From the NCBI GenBank assembly GCA_002402965.1, contig DHGW01000049.1, positions 3,692 through 67,691 of the forward strand: DNA of 64,000 bases, in the 5' to 3' direction. Positions 42,605 through 51,919 of this stretch are shown piece by piece. Both the position numbers and the translations under genes were made by a program. Source of the DNA: Bacteroidales bacterium UBA4788 (GTDB lineage Bacteria; Bacteroidota; Bacteroidia; Bacteroidales; VadinHA17). The notes below the pieces were generated by a model. It did no database searches. It had not been told where the DNA came from and worked only from the letters and a program-made list of their open reading frames with translations. Every line of letters starts with the position of its first letter. Position 1 is the first letter of the stretch.

Positions 42605-45600
42605 ATGAAGAAGGGGCTTCAGCTTTTAATATGCCTTTTATTTTATTCATTGTCAATAAATTCGCAGATCAACAGGCATGGTACGCCGATGATCAGCTGG
42701 TTTGATGCTGCTGAAACCCCCGGTGAGCTCACAAACCTGAGTATTACAATGGATGGCAGGGGTGTAATGTACTTTGGCAATGAGGGCGGAGGAATCCTGA
42801 CCTATAACGGCAGCTCCTGGAACCTGATACGTACCCCCGGTACCGGCAGGATTACTGCCCTTGCCACTGATACCCGCGGGGTAGTCTTTGCAGGGGGCGA
42901 GAACGACTTTGGTTTTCTTCAGCCTGATCTGTCAGGAAGGCTGACTTGGTGTTCCCTTAAGGGAATGATAAGCGACTCCGTTGCTGCAGCGGGCACAGGT
43001 TCCATTATGTCAATAGCGGCTGACAGCAATGTCGTATGTCTGACTGATGGGAAAAAGATATACACACTGGTAACGGGCAGCGACTCCGTCCAGGTGATCG
43101 ATATGGAAAGCGGATACGGCATAAGTGCCGTTTCAAGCCTCGTTGCCTTTGACAAGAGAATCATCATTGCAGATAACAGGGAGGGTCTCTTTGCATACAG
43201 TGAAGGCAAGATAAGCCGTATTCCTGAAAGAGAGAAGACCAAAAACACACGGTTTGTAAAAATTGTGCCATATGACAGGGATAACCTGCTCATCGCAGCT
43301 GCAGGTAAGGGTCTGATGCTGTTCAATGTCAGGACCGGTGTGCTCAATAATAACTTTACGGACAGGAGAGCAGATGCCATCCTGAGGAATGGGACCCTGA
43401 CAGACCTGGTCATTCTTCCCGGCAATATGATTGCCGCAGGCCTTGAAGACAGGGGAGGGGTATACATTTTCAGCCATGAGGGGACACTTCTGCAGCACAT
43501 ATCTGAGAGGACGACCTCACTCAGGGAATCGTCCGTAACGTCTATGTACTGCGACCATTCCTCCAACTCCCAGCTCTGGTTCTGCACCAGGGGATTTATA
43601 AACATGGCCTATGTGTCACTTCCGGCAGGTGAGTTCGGAAACGCTGCCGGACTAACGTCAGGTGCAGGCTCTGTCATCGGATTTGCCGATTCAGTATTTG
43701 TCGGCGCAAATGACGGCCTCTATAAGAACCATGCTGACAAATCGGGTGTGATGTGTTTCAGAAGGGTCAGGAATCAAGGCTCAAGGGTAAACGACATAAT
43801 AACATGCGATCTGTCTGACGGGAAGGTCCTTATCGCAGCCACGCCCAACGGTCTTCTTCAGGTTGACGCCGAAGGAGATGCAACCCGTTTCCTCAGCCGT
43901 ATTGCTCTGACAACCATCAGAACTGACCGGGAAAATCCCTCAAGCATGATTGCAGGATCGGATGACGGAACAATCAGAACCCTGTGGTATGATGATTACG
44001 AGTGGCTGGTCAGCAACACCCTCAGAGGAAGTGTTGCCGGTACTGTTAAGGATATTGAACAGTCGGCACCGGGAGAGTGGTGGATAGTTACGGCTGCCCC
44101 CTCGTCACTGATTCGCATGCATTGTGAAGCAAATGATACAACATTCATCAGGTATGGAAGAGAGAAGGGTTTACTGTGTGACACAATCAACAGCCTTTCA
44201 GTCATTAACGACAGGCTTTACCTGGGTACAGGAAAGGGTATCTATCGCTATAACCGGCAGGATGATTCATATGAGAAGGACCATGACCTTGCCGGTGCCA
44301 ACTTTGACAATGCCAGTGTAAGCATACTCTTTGGCACACCTGAAGGTGAGACAGTTCTTTCGGGATTTGATACCCGAAATTTCGATGCACTGGTCACAAC
44401 GACGCGCCAGGGGCAGATCGTTTTCAGGCGGCAGTTCGATTTCCTGCCGGATATTGCCACCCAATGCATGGCATGGATTGACGGATCAATCTGGCTTGCC
44501 AAGGGGCGAAGCCTCTTCGTCCTTGACAAGTCGAAGCTCGCTTTCAGATACGGAACCTTCAAAACAATCTTTACGAGGATCACCTCGGGGAATAACGTAC
44601 TGATGGACGGCACATTCTACACTGATACCCCGGAAGGAATCAGGGTTCCCACGGCTACTCAGCCGGACAAGCCACTGGTCAGGCTCATGCACCGTAACAA
44701 CGATATTACTTTCAGATGGTCCACCACTTCATATGTGGGTGAGAGAAAGACTGAATACAAGTACAAGCTTGAAGGTTATGATGGTGATTGGTCAGGCTGG
44801 GAGGGCCGGACCTCCAGGGATTATACCAATTTGCCGGCAGGGAATTATGTCTTTCTGCTGAAAGCCAGGACCATCACCGGCCTTGAAGATGAGGATCTGA
44901 GGTATGCATTTACCATTTGGAAGCCATGGTATGTTTCGTTGATTGCACGACTGCTTTACGCAGCCCTGGCAGTCTGGCTGCTATACAGGCTCATCAGGCT
45001 CTATGCCAGGAGACTGCACATCAGGAACAGGCGGCTCGAAAACCTCCTCAAACAGAGGAACGAGGCCACGGCAAAGGGAAGGGATGAGGTTGCCGGACTT
45101 GAGAAGTATGCAGGAATTATCCAGCAGGCATTGCAGCCTTCTGACAGCAGACTCAGTGAGGCAATGCCTAACAGTTTCATTCTGAACAGGCCCATGGGTA
45201 TTGTCAGCGGTGATTTTTTCTGGATGACGAACAGGGGAGATAAAACCATTCTGGCGGTGGGTGACTGTACCGGACACGGGGTACAGTCAGCCCTGAGAAC
45301 TGTCATGGCACACTCATTTCTGGATGAGATTTGCGCCGGACCGGAAGCTGTCAGCACCTCAGCCGTTTTAAGAGAGTTCCGCAGGAAACTTTCTGAGACA
45401 TTCGGATCGCTTACTGAACCAGAGGTAAAACAGGAAGGGATTGATATCTCTGTGCTGGCGATTGACCGTGCAAAGAAAACTGTCGAATACTCTGGAGCTG
45501 CATCTCAATGCTTCAGGGTCAGAGAGATGAGCGACCAGGAACTTGCCAGGTGGGAAAACGGTGAGTTCAAACCCAATGAGGGAACACTTGTCATTGGCAA

Positions 45601-45916
45601 ACACCTGCTTGAGACAGTCTACGGAGACAGAATACCTCTGGGGATGCACCTCGATGGTGTTCATGAGTTTACCCAGCACACCTGGAAGCTTGAAAGGGAG
45701 TCGTCATACTATCTCTTTACGGATGGCTACTCCGATCAGTTCAACGGAGTCACAGGAAGAAAATTTCTTAAGAAGAACCTGAGGAAACTGATACTGGATA
45801 TAAGGAACTTCCCGATGAGCAAGCAGAAGGAGATTCTGGTGGAACGTCTCGGGAGCTGGATGGGCAAATCTCCCCAAACCGATGACATATTGGTTGTCGG
45901 GTTAAAGATTGAGTAA
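42605..45916 (+). CDS. Periplasmic beta-propeller / Y_Y_Y sensor fused through one TM helix to a PP2C (SpoIIE-type) phosphatase
   Basis: It has a signal peptide, about 700 aa of two-component-regulator-propeller-like repeats, and a Y_Y_Y motif (YKYKLEGYDGDWSGW...LPAGNYVFLLKA). These are followed by a TM helix (LLYAALAVWLLYRLIRLY) and a PP2C core (GDFFW...VGDCTGHGVQSAL...FTDGYSDQ...TDDILVVG). Confidence 0.8.
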   Translation: MKKGLQLLICLLFYSLSINSQINRHGTPMISWFDAAETPGELTNLSITMDGRGVMYFGNEGGGILTYNGSSWNLIRTPGTGRITALATDTRGVVFAGGENDFGFLQPDLSGRLTWCSLKGMISDSVAAAGTGSIMSIAADSNVVCLTDGKKIYTLVTGSDSVQVIDMESGYGISAVSSLVAFDKRIIIADNREGLFAYSEGKISRIPEREKTKNTRFVKIVPYDRDNLLIAAAGKGLMLFNVRTGVLNNNFTDRRADAILRNGTLTDLVILPGNMIAAGLEDRGGVYIFSHEGTLLQHISERTTSLRESSVTSMYCDHSSNSQLWFCTRGFINMAYVSLPAGEFGNAAGLTSGAGSVIGFADSVFVGANDGLYKNHADKSGVMCFRRVRNQGSRVNDIITCDLSDGKVLIAATPNGLLQVDAEGDATRFLSRIALTTIRTDRENPSSMIAGSDDGTIRTLWYDDYEWLVSNTLRGSVAGTVKDIEQSAPGEWWIVTAAPSSLIRMHCEANDTTFIRYGREKGLLCDTINSLSVINDRLYLGTGKGIYRYNRQDDSYEKDHDLAGANFDNASVSILFGTPEGETVLSGFDTRNFDALVTTTRQGQIVFRRQFDFLPDIATQCMAWIDGSIWLAKGRSLFVLDKSKLAFRYGTFKTIFTRITSGNNVLMDGTFYTDTPEGIRVPTATQPDKPLVRLMHRNNDITFRWSTTSYVGERKTEYKYKLEGYDGDWSGWEGRTSRDYTNLPAGNYVFLLKARTITGLEDEDLRYAFTIWKPWYVSLIARLLYAALAVWLLYRLIRLYARRLHIRNRRLENLLKQRNEATAKGRDEVAGLEKYAGIIQQALQPSDSRLSEAMPNSFILNRPMGIVSGDFFWMTNRGDKTILAVGDCTGHGVQSALRTVMAHSFLDEICAGPEAVSTSAVLREFRRKLSETFGSLTEPEVKQEGIDISVLAIDRAKKTVEYSGAASQCFRVREMSDQELARWENGEFKPNEGTLVIGKHLLETVYGDRIPLGMHLDGVHEFTQHTWKLERESSYYLFTDGYSDQFNGVTGRKFLKKNLRKLILDIRNFPMSKQKEILVERLGSWMGKSPQTDDILVVGLKIE

Positions 45917-46561
45917 AGGCACAGCTCCGAATTCATTGCTGAGAAGGTAAAAAATCCCGTTTTCATTCGCCTCATAGACTATCAGCCCGCATAGTATAAA
46001 ATCGCTCAGAATCTTTTCCGCTCTTCGTGAATTTATTCCTGCCAGCTCACGGAATTCAGCAACGGTGATCCTTTCGTAGCTTCGGAGATGGTTGAGGAGG
46101 ATGTTTTCAGTCTCCTCGAATCGCAGCAGAAGTCCGCGCGATTTACCGGTGCGCCTCCACACCTGAAGAATCACCCTGTCAGCCATGAAGTTCTGGTCGT
46201 GCTGCCTGAAGTAAGCCTTCCATCTCCCGTGTTCGTCCTTCGCCCTTACTGGTATTATTTCACTTTTGGGCACCACTACTTCGAGAATATTCTTGCCGTT
46301 GATAGTGTGATTCATGGTACTGATTGAAACTTCAGGGTCACAGTGAAGGGTGGCGGCAGAATCGATCATATAGTACTCCTCGTCTGACCTGACACCGGCA
46401 ATAGAACCGTTGTCCCTGACACCGATGAGCAATTTTCCTCCTGCTGTATTTGAAAATGCAGAGAGTGTTCGGGCAATCTTCTGCGGGTCAGAGATGCAGT
46501 ACTTGAAATCAAGTTTCAACCCCTCACCGCCGGAGATCAGGTTGTGGATATATCGCCCCAT
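45902..46561 (-). CDS. AlbA_2 (Schlafen-like) putative DNA-binding domain protein with a C-terminal wHTH-like region
   Basis: The N-terminal motif GEGLKLDFKY...IARTLSAFSNTAGGKLLIGVRDNGSI.GV is typical of the AlbA_2 divergent-AAA family. Confidence 0.6.
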   Translation of the reverse strand: MGRYIHNLISGGEGLKLDFKYCISDPQKIARTLSAFSNTAGGKLLIGVRDNGSIAGVRSDEEYYMIDSAATLHCDPEVSISTMNHTINGKNILEVVVPKSEIIPVRAKDEHGRWKAYFRQHDQNFMADRVILQVWRRTGKSRGLLLRFEETENILLNHLRSYERITVAEFRELAGINSRRAEKILSDFILCGLIVYEANENGIFYLLSNEFGAVPLLNL

Positions 46562-46727
46562 GTTTGCCTGATTTATTGCTGCGGGACAGCTCCACTAAAA
46601 TAAGATAAAATATTTGTATATTGGCTCATTCACCTTAGGCTGCTGTCAGAAGAATAAAGGTTATTTATCAACATCCGCAGCCGGGGAAAATCAGAAGCAA
46701 TCAAAACAAAACGCCAAGACTTAATTT

Positions 46728-47909
46728 ATGAAGCGCAGAACATTTTTCAGATCGGGCCTCGCAGGAGCAGCCGGTATAACCATGTTGGGTACTCCTGCAC
46801 TGGCCGGGAACGGCAACAGTGCTGAGGGTGATATAGTTTACAGAACCCTGGGCAAGACAGGCCTGAAGTTGCCTGTGGTCAGCTTTGGCGTAATGAGGTC
46901 TGACAACAATTCCCTCGTCAAGGCTGCCTACGAGGCGGGGATGAAGATGTTTGACACCGCCCATGGCTACATGAACGGAAGGAATGAGGAGATGCTTGGG
47001 GGATTTTTCAGCCAGGTTCCCCGCGACTCATTCGTGATTGCGACCAAAGTCAAGCCTGCGGGTGTTGACCGTGCCGGCCTGCCAACGAAGGAGACAACCG
47101 CAGCCGGCTTCATCGAACAGTTCGATCTCAGCCTCACCAGGCTGAAGATGGATTATGTTGATATACTATACATGCATGCGGCTGATACTGTCGAGATGGT
47201 CAGACATAAGGAGATTGTCAATGCAATGCTCGATCTGAAGAAGAAGGGGAGGGTGAGGTTCATCGGCATATCGACGCATAAGAATGAACCACTGGTGATC
47301 AACACGATGGCTGAAGACGGCATCTGGGATGTGGTGCTCGCTTCCTACAATTACCGCCAGACTTACCTGCCTGAGTTGAACAGCGCCATCGACAAGGCAG
47401 CATCAGCCGGAATGGGCATAGTCGGGATGAAGACGCTGGCAGGAGGATGGCTTGACAGGGAGAGAACCCGGCCGGTTAATGTGCAGGCAGCACTCCGCTG
47501 GGTCATCTCAAATCCCAATGTGCATACTACCATTCCCGGGATAACAGCATTTGATCAGCTTGAGACCGACCTGAAAATAATGAAGGATGTTATGCTGACC
47601 GATCAGGATAAGGCAGAACTCATTGCTGAATCCGACTGCCCCGGGCTTTACTGCAACGCCTGCAGCAACTGCGTGCCGGGCTGTCCGAACAACCTGCCCA
47701 TACCTGAGCTGATGAGGGCTTATATGTACGCCTACGGGTACCGTAACGCGGCCATGGCCTCCGAATTGCTCAGTGAGATATCGGTTAAAGCTGATCCGTG
47801 CGCCGGTTGTGAGAGCTGTACTTCCACCTGTGTCAGGGGATTTGATCTCAGGGGGAAGATTGCGGATATTTCAAGGCTTGTGAATGTGCCTTACGATCTA
47901 CTTGCATAA
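46728..47909 (+). CDS. TAT-exported aldo/keto reductase with a C-terminal Fe-S (ferredoxin-like) extension
   Basis: It has a twin-arginine signal (KRRTFFRSGLAGAAG), an AKR core (FDTAHGY...), and the C-terminal motifs CNACSNCVPGCP and CAGCESCTSTC. Confidence 0.8.
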   Translation: MKRRTFFRSGLAGAAGITMLGTPALAGNGNSAEGDIVYRTLGKTGLKLPVVSFGVMRSDNNSLVKAAYEAGMKMFDTAHGYMNGRNEEMLGGFFSQVPRDSFVIATKVKPAGVDRAGLPTKETTAAGFIEQFDLSLTRLKMDYVDILYMHAADTVEMVRHKEIVNAMLDLKKKGRVRFIGISTHKNEPLVINTMAEDGIWDVVLASYNYRQTYLPELNSAIDKAASAGMGIVGMKTLAGGWLDRERTRPVNVQAALRWVISNPNVHTTIPGITAFDQLETDLKIMKDVMLTDQDKAELIAESDCPGLYCNACSNCVPGCPNNLPIPELMRAYMYAYGYRNAAMASELLSEISVKADPCAGCESCTSTCVRGFDLRGKIADISRLVNVPYDLLA

Positions 47910-47923
47910 AAAGTAATAAAATC

Positions 47924-48766
47924 ATGATTAGAAGGTATATTCTTTCGGCTATCCTGCTCACCGTCACAGTTTCTTTCCTGGGCGGGCAGCAGCTCTTCCC
48001 GGAGCTGAAAAAATTCAGGTCCGTCAGTGATTATCCGGTTTATACACCTGATGATCTGTGGAATTATATTAACGGAGCCGCTGATGCCTATCTGGCGTTG
48101 GGATTCATTGACCTGAACATCATGGAATACGTCAGGGGAAAGACCAGCATCAAGGCTGAGCTGTACCGGTTTGGCGATGATTCCAGGGCATTCGGGATCT
48201 ATTCCATGGAACGTTCACCAGGTTATAATTTCATACCGGCAGGAGTGCAGGGATACAATGAGGAGGGAGTGGTTCACTTCTACAAAGACAGATACTATGT
48301 CAAGATTATGAGCAACTCGCGTTCGAAGAAGGTGAATGCCTCCATGCTTGAGCTTGGCGGCCTTATCTCGTCGCGGATAGAGGGCAGCACGGAATTCCCG
48401 GCTCTACTGAAACTTTTTCCTGCTGAGGGATTGCTGAAAAATCAGGAGACCTATCTCCTTGAGAGCATCCTGGGACACGAGTTTCTCAGGGGCGCTTTCA
48501 GGGCTTCATATGAGATTGAAGGTGACCGGTTTGACATCTACCTGTTCAACCGTGACGATCCGGCTGAAACGGCAGTGATGGCAGAAAGGCTTGCCGGCGA
48601 TGCATGGTCACCTAATGAGGAAGTATTCAAATATGCTTTTGAGGACGGCTACAATGGTGTTCTTCATATTGCAAGGAATGGAGGGAGGCTGGTCCTGGTG
48701 AGCGGCCTGAGTTTTGAAAAGAGTGACCTGGCCGAGCGATACATCACGAAGATGATTGATCGTTGA
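47924..48766 (+). CDS. Hypothetical exported protein
   Basis: The 280-aa ORF has an N-terminal signal and starts 14 nt after the AKR gene. I recognised no domain with confidence. Confidence 0.45.
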   Translation: MIRRYILSAILLTVTVSFLGGQQLFPELKKFRSVSDYPVYTPDDLWNYINGAADAYLALGFIDLNIMEYVRGKTSIKAELYRFGDDSRAFGIYSMERSPGYNFIPAGVQGYNEEGVVHFYKDRYYVKIMSNSRSKKVNASMLELGGLISSRIEGSTEFPALLKLFPAEGLLKNQETYLLESILGHEFLRGAFRASYEIEGDRFDIYLFNRDDPAETAVMAERLAGDAWSPNEEVFKYAFEDGYNGVLHIARNGGRLVLVSGLSFEKSDLAERYITKMIDR

Positions 48767-48801
48767 CATCCTGCGCCGGCAGACTAATAACAGCAGCAGA
48801 T

Positions 48802-48836
48802 AAAAAAAGGTGTCCCTTGAGAGACACCTTTTTTTT
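48802..48836. terminator. Bidirectional rho-independent terminator
   Basis: An A7 run, GGTGTC, an 8-nt loop, GACACC and a T8 run lie between convergent genes. The A and T runs flank the stem on both strands. Confidence 0.75.
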
Positions 48837-48853
48837 AATCTGTTCAGTTCCGC

Positions 48854-49630
48854 TTACTTGAGCTGGAAGCTGATAGGCACGCTGTACCAGACGTTCACGG
48901 GCTTACCACCCTGTTTACCTGGTTTCCACAGCGGGAGCATCTTGATGACCCTTATGGCTTCCTCATCGAGAGACGGGTCAACGCCCCTGACGATTGATAC
49001 CTGGTCAACGGTTCCCTTGTAGGTCACACAGAATCGGAGTATCACCTTGCCCTGGATGTTGTTTTCCTTGGCCAGTTCGGGATACTTGATGTTGTCATAG
49101 ATGAATTTGAAGAGCTCAACGTCCCCACCGGGGAATGAAGGCATCTCCTCTACAACAAGAAACACTTCCTGCGGGGCTTCTTCCTGAACCTCTTCCTGTA
49201 CCTGTTCGATCACTTCCACAACCGTTTCGTCAACAACAGTCTCTGCCACGTCGTCTGCGGTCATAAACTGGCTGGCTTCCTCGGGTTTGATAGTGTCAAC
49301 AATGACTGGAGCCACATACTTCACCACAGTCTGCTGTTCAGTCGGGGGTGGGGGTGGCGGCGGTGGAGGAGGAGCGGCCTCTTCCTGGTTGATGTCATTA
49401 GCCATCTCGGCTATAACCTCATTGGCGTCCCTTTGCTTGATCTGAGCAATATTCTTGGCCTTGATATAGGGAACAATTGCAGCTGTGAAAACCACGATTA
49501 TACCAATTATAATGGACATTGCCATTGTGCGTCCATATTTTTTGCGGATCTCGTATGCGCCATATTCCTTGTTACGGCCTTCGAATACTATATCATCGAA
49601 GCTTGGGTATCGTTTCTTTTCGTTTGCCAT
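48854..49630 (-). CDS. tonB: Energy transducer TonB
   Basis: It has an N-terminal TM anchor, a poly-Pro segment (10 consecutive prolines within AAPPPPPPPPPPTEQQ), and a C-terminal TonB domain (PSFPGG...YPELAKENNIQGKV...V...G). Confidence 0.8.
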   Translation of the reverse strand: MANEKKRYPSFDDIVFEGRNKEYGAYEIRKKYGRTMAMSIIIGIIVVFTAAIVPYIKAKNIAQIKQRDANEVIAEMANDINQEEAAPPPPPPPPPPTEQQTVVKYVAPVIVDTIKPEEASQFMTADDVAETVVDETVVEVIEQVQEEVQEEAPQEVFLVVEEMPSFPGGDVELFKFIYDNIKYPELAKENNIQGKVILRFCVTYKGTVDQVSIVRGVDPSLDEEAIRVIKMLPLWKPGKQGGKPVNVWYSVPISFQLK

Positions 49631-49642
49631 AGTTTATCCCTC

Positions 49643-50302
49643 CTATTGTGCTGAACCGGAAGGAGTGGCTTCTGCCCTGTTGATGGCATCAACAACCAGC
49701 TTCTCCTCGACCCAGTCTATATCAGTAAATATGTAACGGGCAATGCCTACGATTGACATCTCATCGATAATATCGACGAAATTCCTGTATTTTGATGTTT
49801 TGTAGGCTTTGATAAGAACGATAGGCCCTGTATCATCATCCTTTTTCAGCTGGCTTATTGCATTACGCATTGAATCCTGCTTGATATTGATTTTGCCAGA
49901 GATAACATCTTTCTCAAACTGGTCAATCTTACGGAACAGAGCCCTGTTCCTGTCAAGCAGCACCTGGCGTATACCTGTTGCGCTGAAGTCGGTCTCCTGA
50001 AGTATTGTCACTTCCGGGTCGGCTTTGCCGGGGTACCAGTAGACTTTGTCATCAGGACCCAGGATGATATTAAGAGTACGGCTGTCAGCAATTTTTGGCG
50101 GTTCAACTTTTTCATTCTTCCTGACTTTTTCGGGGAGAATGATTTCCATGACCTTAGGTTTGCTGAAAGCTGCTGTGAGCATGAAGAACGTGATGAGCAG
50201 ACTCATGAGGTCCACCATCGGCGTCATATCTACGCGGGCGTCACCTTTTTTTGGTTTCTTTTTCCCGCCCTTATTTTTTTCCTCGACTTGAATGTCTGCC
50301 AT
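49643..50302 (-). CDS. exbD: Biopolymer transport protein ExbD/TolR
   Basis: The motif MTPMVDLMSLLITFFML is followed by a periplasmic domain. It forms part of an exbB-exbD-exbD-tonB run. Confidence 0.8.
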   Translation of the reverse strand: MADIQVEEKNKGGKKKPKKGDARVDMTPMVDLMSLLITFFMLTAAFSKPKVMEIILPEKVRKNEKVEPPKIADSRTLNIILGPDDKVYWYPGKADPEVTILQETDFSATGIRQVLLDRNRALFRKIDQFEKDVISGKINIKQDSMRNAISQLKKDDDTGPIVLIKAYKTSKYRNFVDIIDEMSIVGIARYIFTDIDWVEEKLVVDAINRAEATPSGSAQ

Positions 50303-50303
50303 C

Positions 50304-50942
50304 TTACTCTGCTATTTGTTCTTCAGTTACTTCAACTGCACGAAGACTGGTGATCAGGTTGAACCTGTTCACGTTTTTATCCTGCAGAATGTCAAGTACT
50401 TCTCTTACGATCGGGAAATCAACGTCAGCATCGCCCTTGATCATCGCGTCCACGGCAGGGTTAATCTGGCGTGAAAAGAGAATCCAGAGTGCGAGCTGGT
50501 TGTCCACGGAGTCGATAGGAATGCCCTTTTCGAGGGCTGTTCTTTCATCCGAGTCTTTAGCGGCGAGGTACTTCTTCATATCCTGTATCGGAACGCCCAC
50601 TGCGGTGCCGGTTCTTTCGAAGAGGCGAAGTTCATCGTCGGTAAATTCAATGTTATAGCGCTTGCCCATTTCGGCAAGGATTTTCGGACGGAATTTAAGA
50701 ATTGTATCCGGTCCGTTGTCAACATTGAAAAACACGCGGTTGTCCTTCGCTATGAGTACCGTCATTACGTTGGCATCCATCATCGGTTTCTCCGATACGG
50801 AAAAAGGTGTATCAACAGGAGCTGATTCCGTAGGCCTGAACGTTGCTGTCAGAATGAAGAATGTGAGCAGCAGTGTGAACAGGTCCACCATCGGCGTCAT
50901 GTCGATTCGTGGCGATTTGGCTCCTAATTTAATCTTTGGCAT
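50304..50942 (-). CDS. exbD: Biopolymer transport protein ExbD/TolR (second copy)
   Basis: It has the motif MTPMVDLFTLLLTFFIL and a 1-nt gap to the next exbD gene. Confidence 0.8.
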   Translation of the reverse strand: MPKIKLGAKSPRIDMTPMVDLFTLLLTFFILTATFRPTESAPVDTPFSVSEKPMMDANVMTVLIAKDNRVFFNVDNGPDTILKFRPKILAEMGKRYNIEFTDDELRLFERTGTAVGVPIQDMKKYLAAKDSDERTALEKGIPIDSVDNQLALWILFSRQINPAVDAMIKGDADVDFPIVREVLDILQDKNVNRFNLITSLRAVEVTEEQIAE

Positions 50943-50988
50943 CTTTAAATTCCTTTCTTTTTTTGACCAAAAGAATAAATTCGGCTGG

Positions 50989-51804
50989 TTATTTTCTGAT
51001 AGAAGCGGCGAAGGTCTGGGTCAGACTAAAGCCAGCCTCATCGATTTTGAAGACATAGCCGTCAATCATTGTTGAGAACCAGTTGAAGAAAATGATTGCC
51101 AGGGTTGAGCCTGTGATACCGAATGCCGTGTTAACAAGGGCTTCGGAGATACCTGTTGAGAGGGCGAGTGCATCAGGAGCGCCTGACTGAGCCAGGGCTG
51201 CGAATGCGCGGATCATCCCGATAACCGTTCCGATAAGACCGATAAGCACGGAGATCGAAGCAATTGTTGAGAGAATGACCATGTTCCTTGAAAGCGTCGG
51301 AAGCTCGAGAGCTGTAGCCTCTTCAATAGCCTGTTTCATTGATGTGATCTTCTGGTCTTTTTCCAGTTCCTTGTCATTCTCAAGAGCACGGTAGCGTGAC
51401 AGACCTGCTTTGAGCACGTTGGCAAGTGAACCCTTCTGCTTGTCACAGGCTACAAGTGCATCCTCTATCCTGTCTTCTGCTAGCATCTGCTGGACGTTGG
51501 CAACAAAGACATTGAGTCTCTGCTTTCCTTTAACCCTTTGCAGAGTGATAAGCCTTTCAACAACATAGATGAGAAGTGTAATCACAATAGTGATAAGGAC
51601 CGGCACAATTATACCGCCCTTATACATAAGACCGAGAAGGTTACCCTGCAGGGGATGGCCTTTTGGGTTTCCGCCTTCAAAGTTAACCGGGTTACCGAGA
51701 ACCCTGGTAAAAATCAAATATGCAACAATAAATGCAAGAATGATTGCAAGAGGTGCAAAGATAGACTGCCATACACCGCTGGACGACTTAGTTGTTTTGC
51801 TCAT
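50989..51804 (-). CDS. exbB: MotA/TolQ/ExbB proton-channel protein
   Basis: It has three TM helices and the conserved C-terminal channel region (GLIGTVIGMIRAF...ISEALVNTAFG). I preferred the ATG at 51804 over the start at 51843. Confidence 0.85.
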   Translation of the reverse strand: MSKTTKSSSGVWQSIFAPLAIILAFIVAYLIFTRVLGNPVNFEGGNPKGHPLQGNLLGLMYKGGIIVPVLITIVITLLIYVVERLITLQRVKGKQRLNVFVANVQQMLAEDRIEDALVACDKQKGSLANVLKAGLSRYRALENDKELEKDQKITSMKQAIEEATALELPTLSRNMVILSTIASISVLIGLIGTVIGMIRAFAALAQSGAPDALALSTGISEALVNTAFGITGSTLAIIFFNWFSTMIDGYVFKIDEAGFSLTQTFAASIRK

Positions 51805-51919
51805 TTTAGTATTCTTTAGTTGGTTAAAGTAAACAGTTGGCAAAAATAATTATTCTCAAGTTCTTTTACAATAGTCAAATCCAAATAGATCAATTTTTTA
51901 TGTTGTTTGTCAGCACCTT

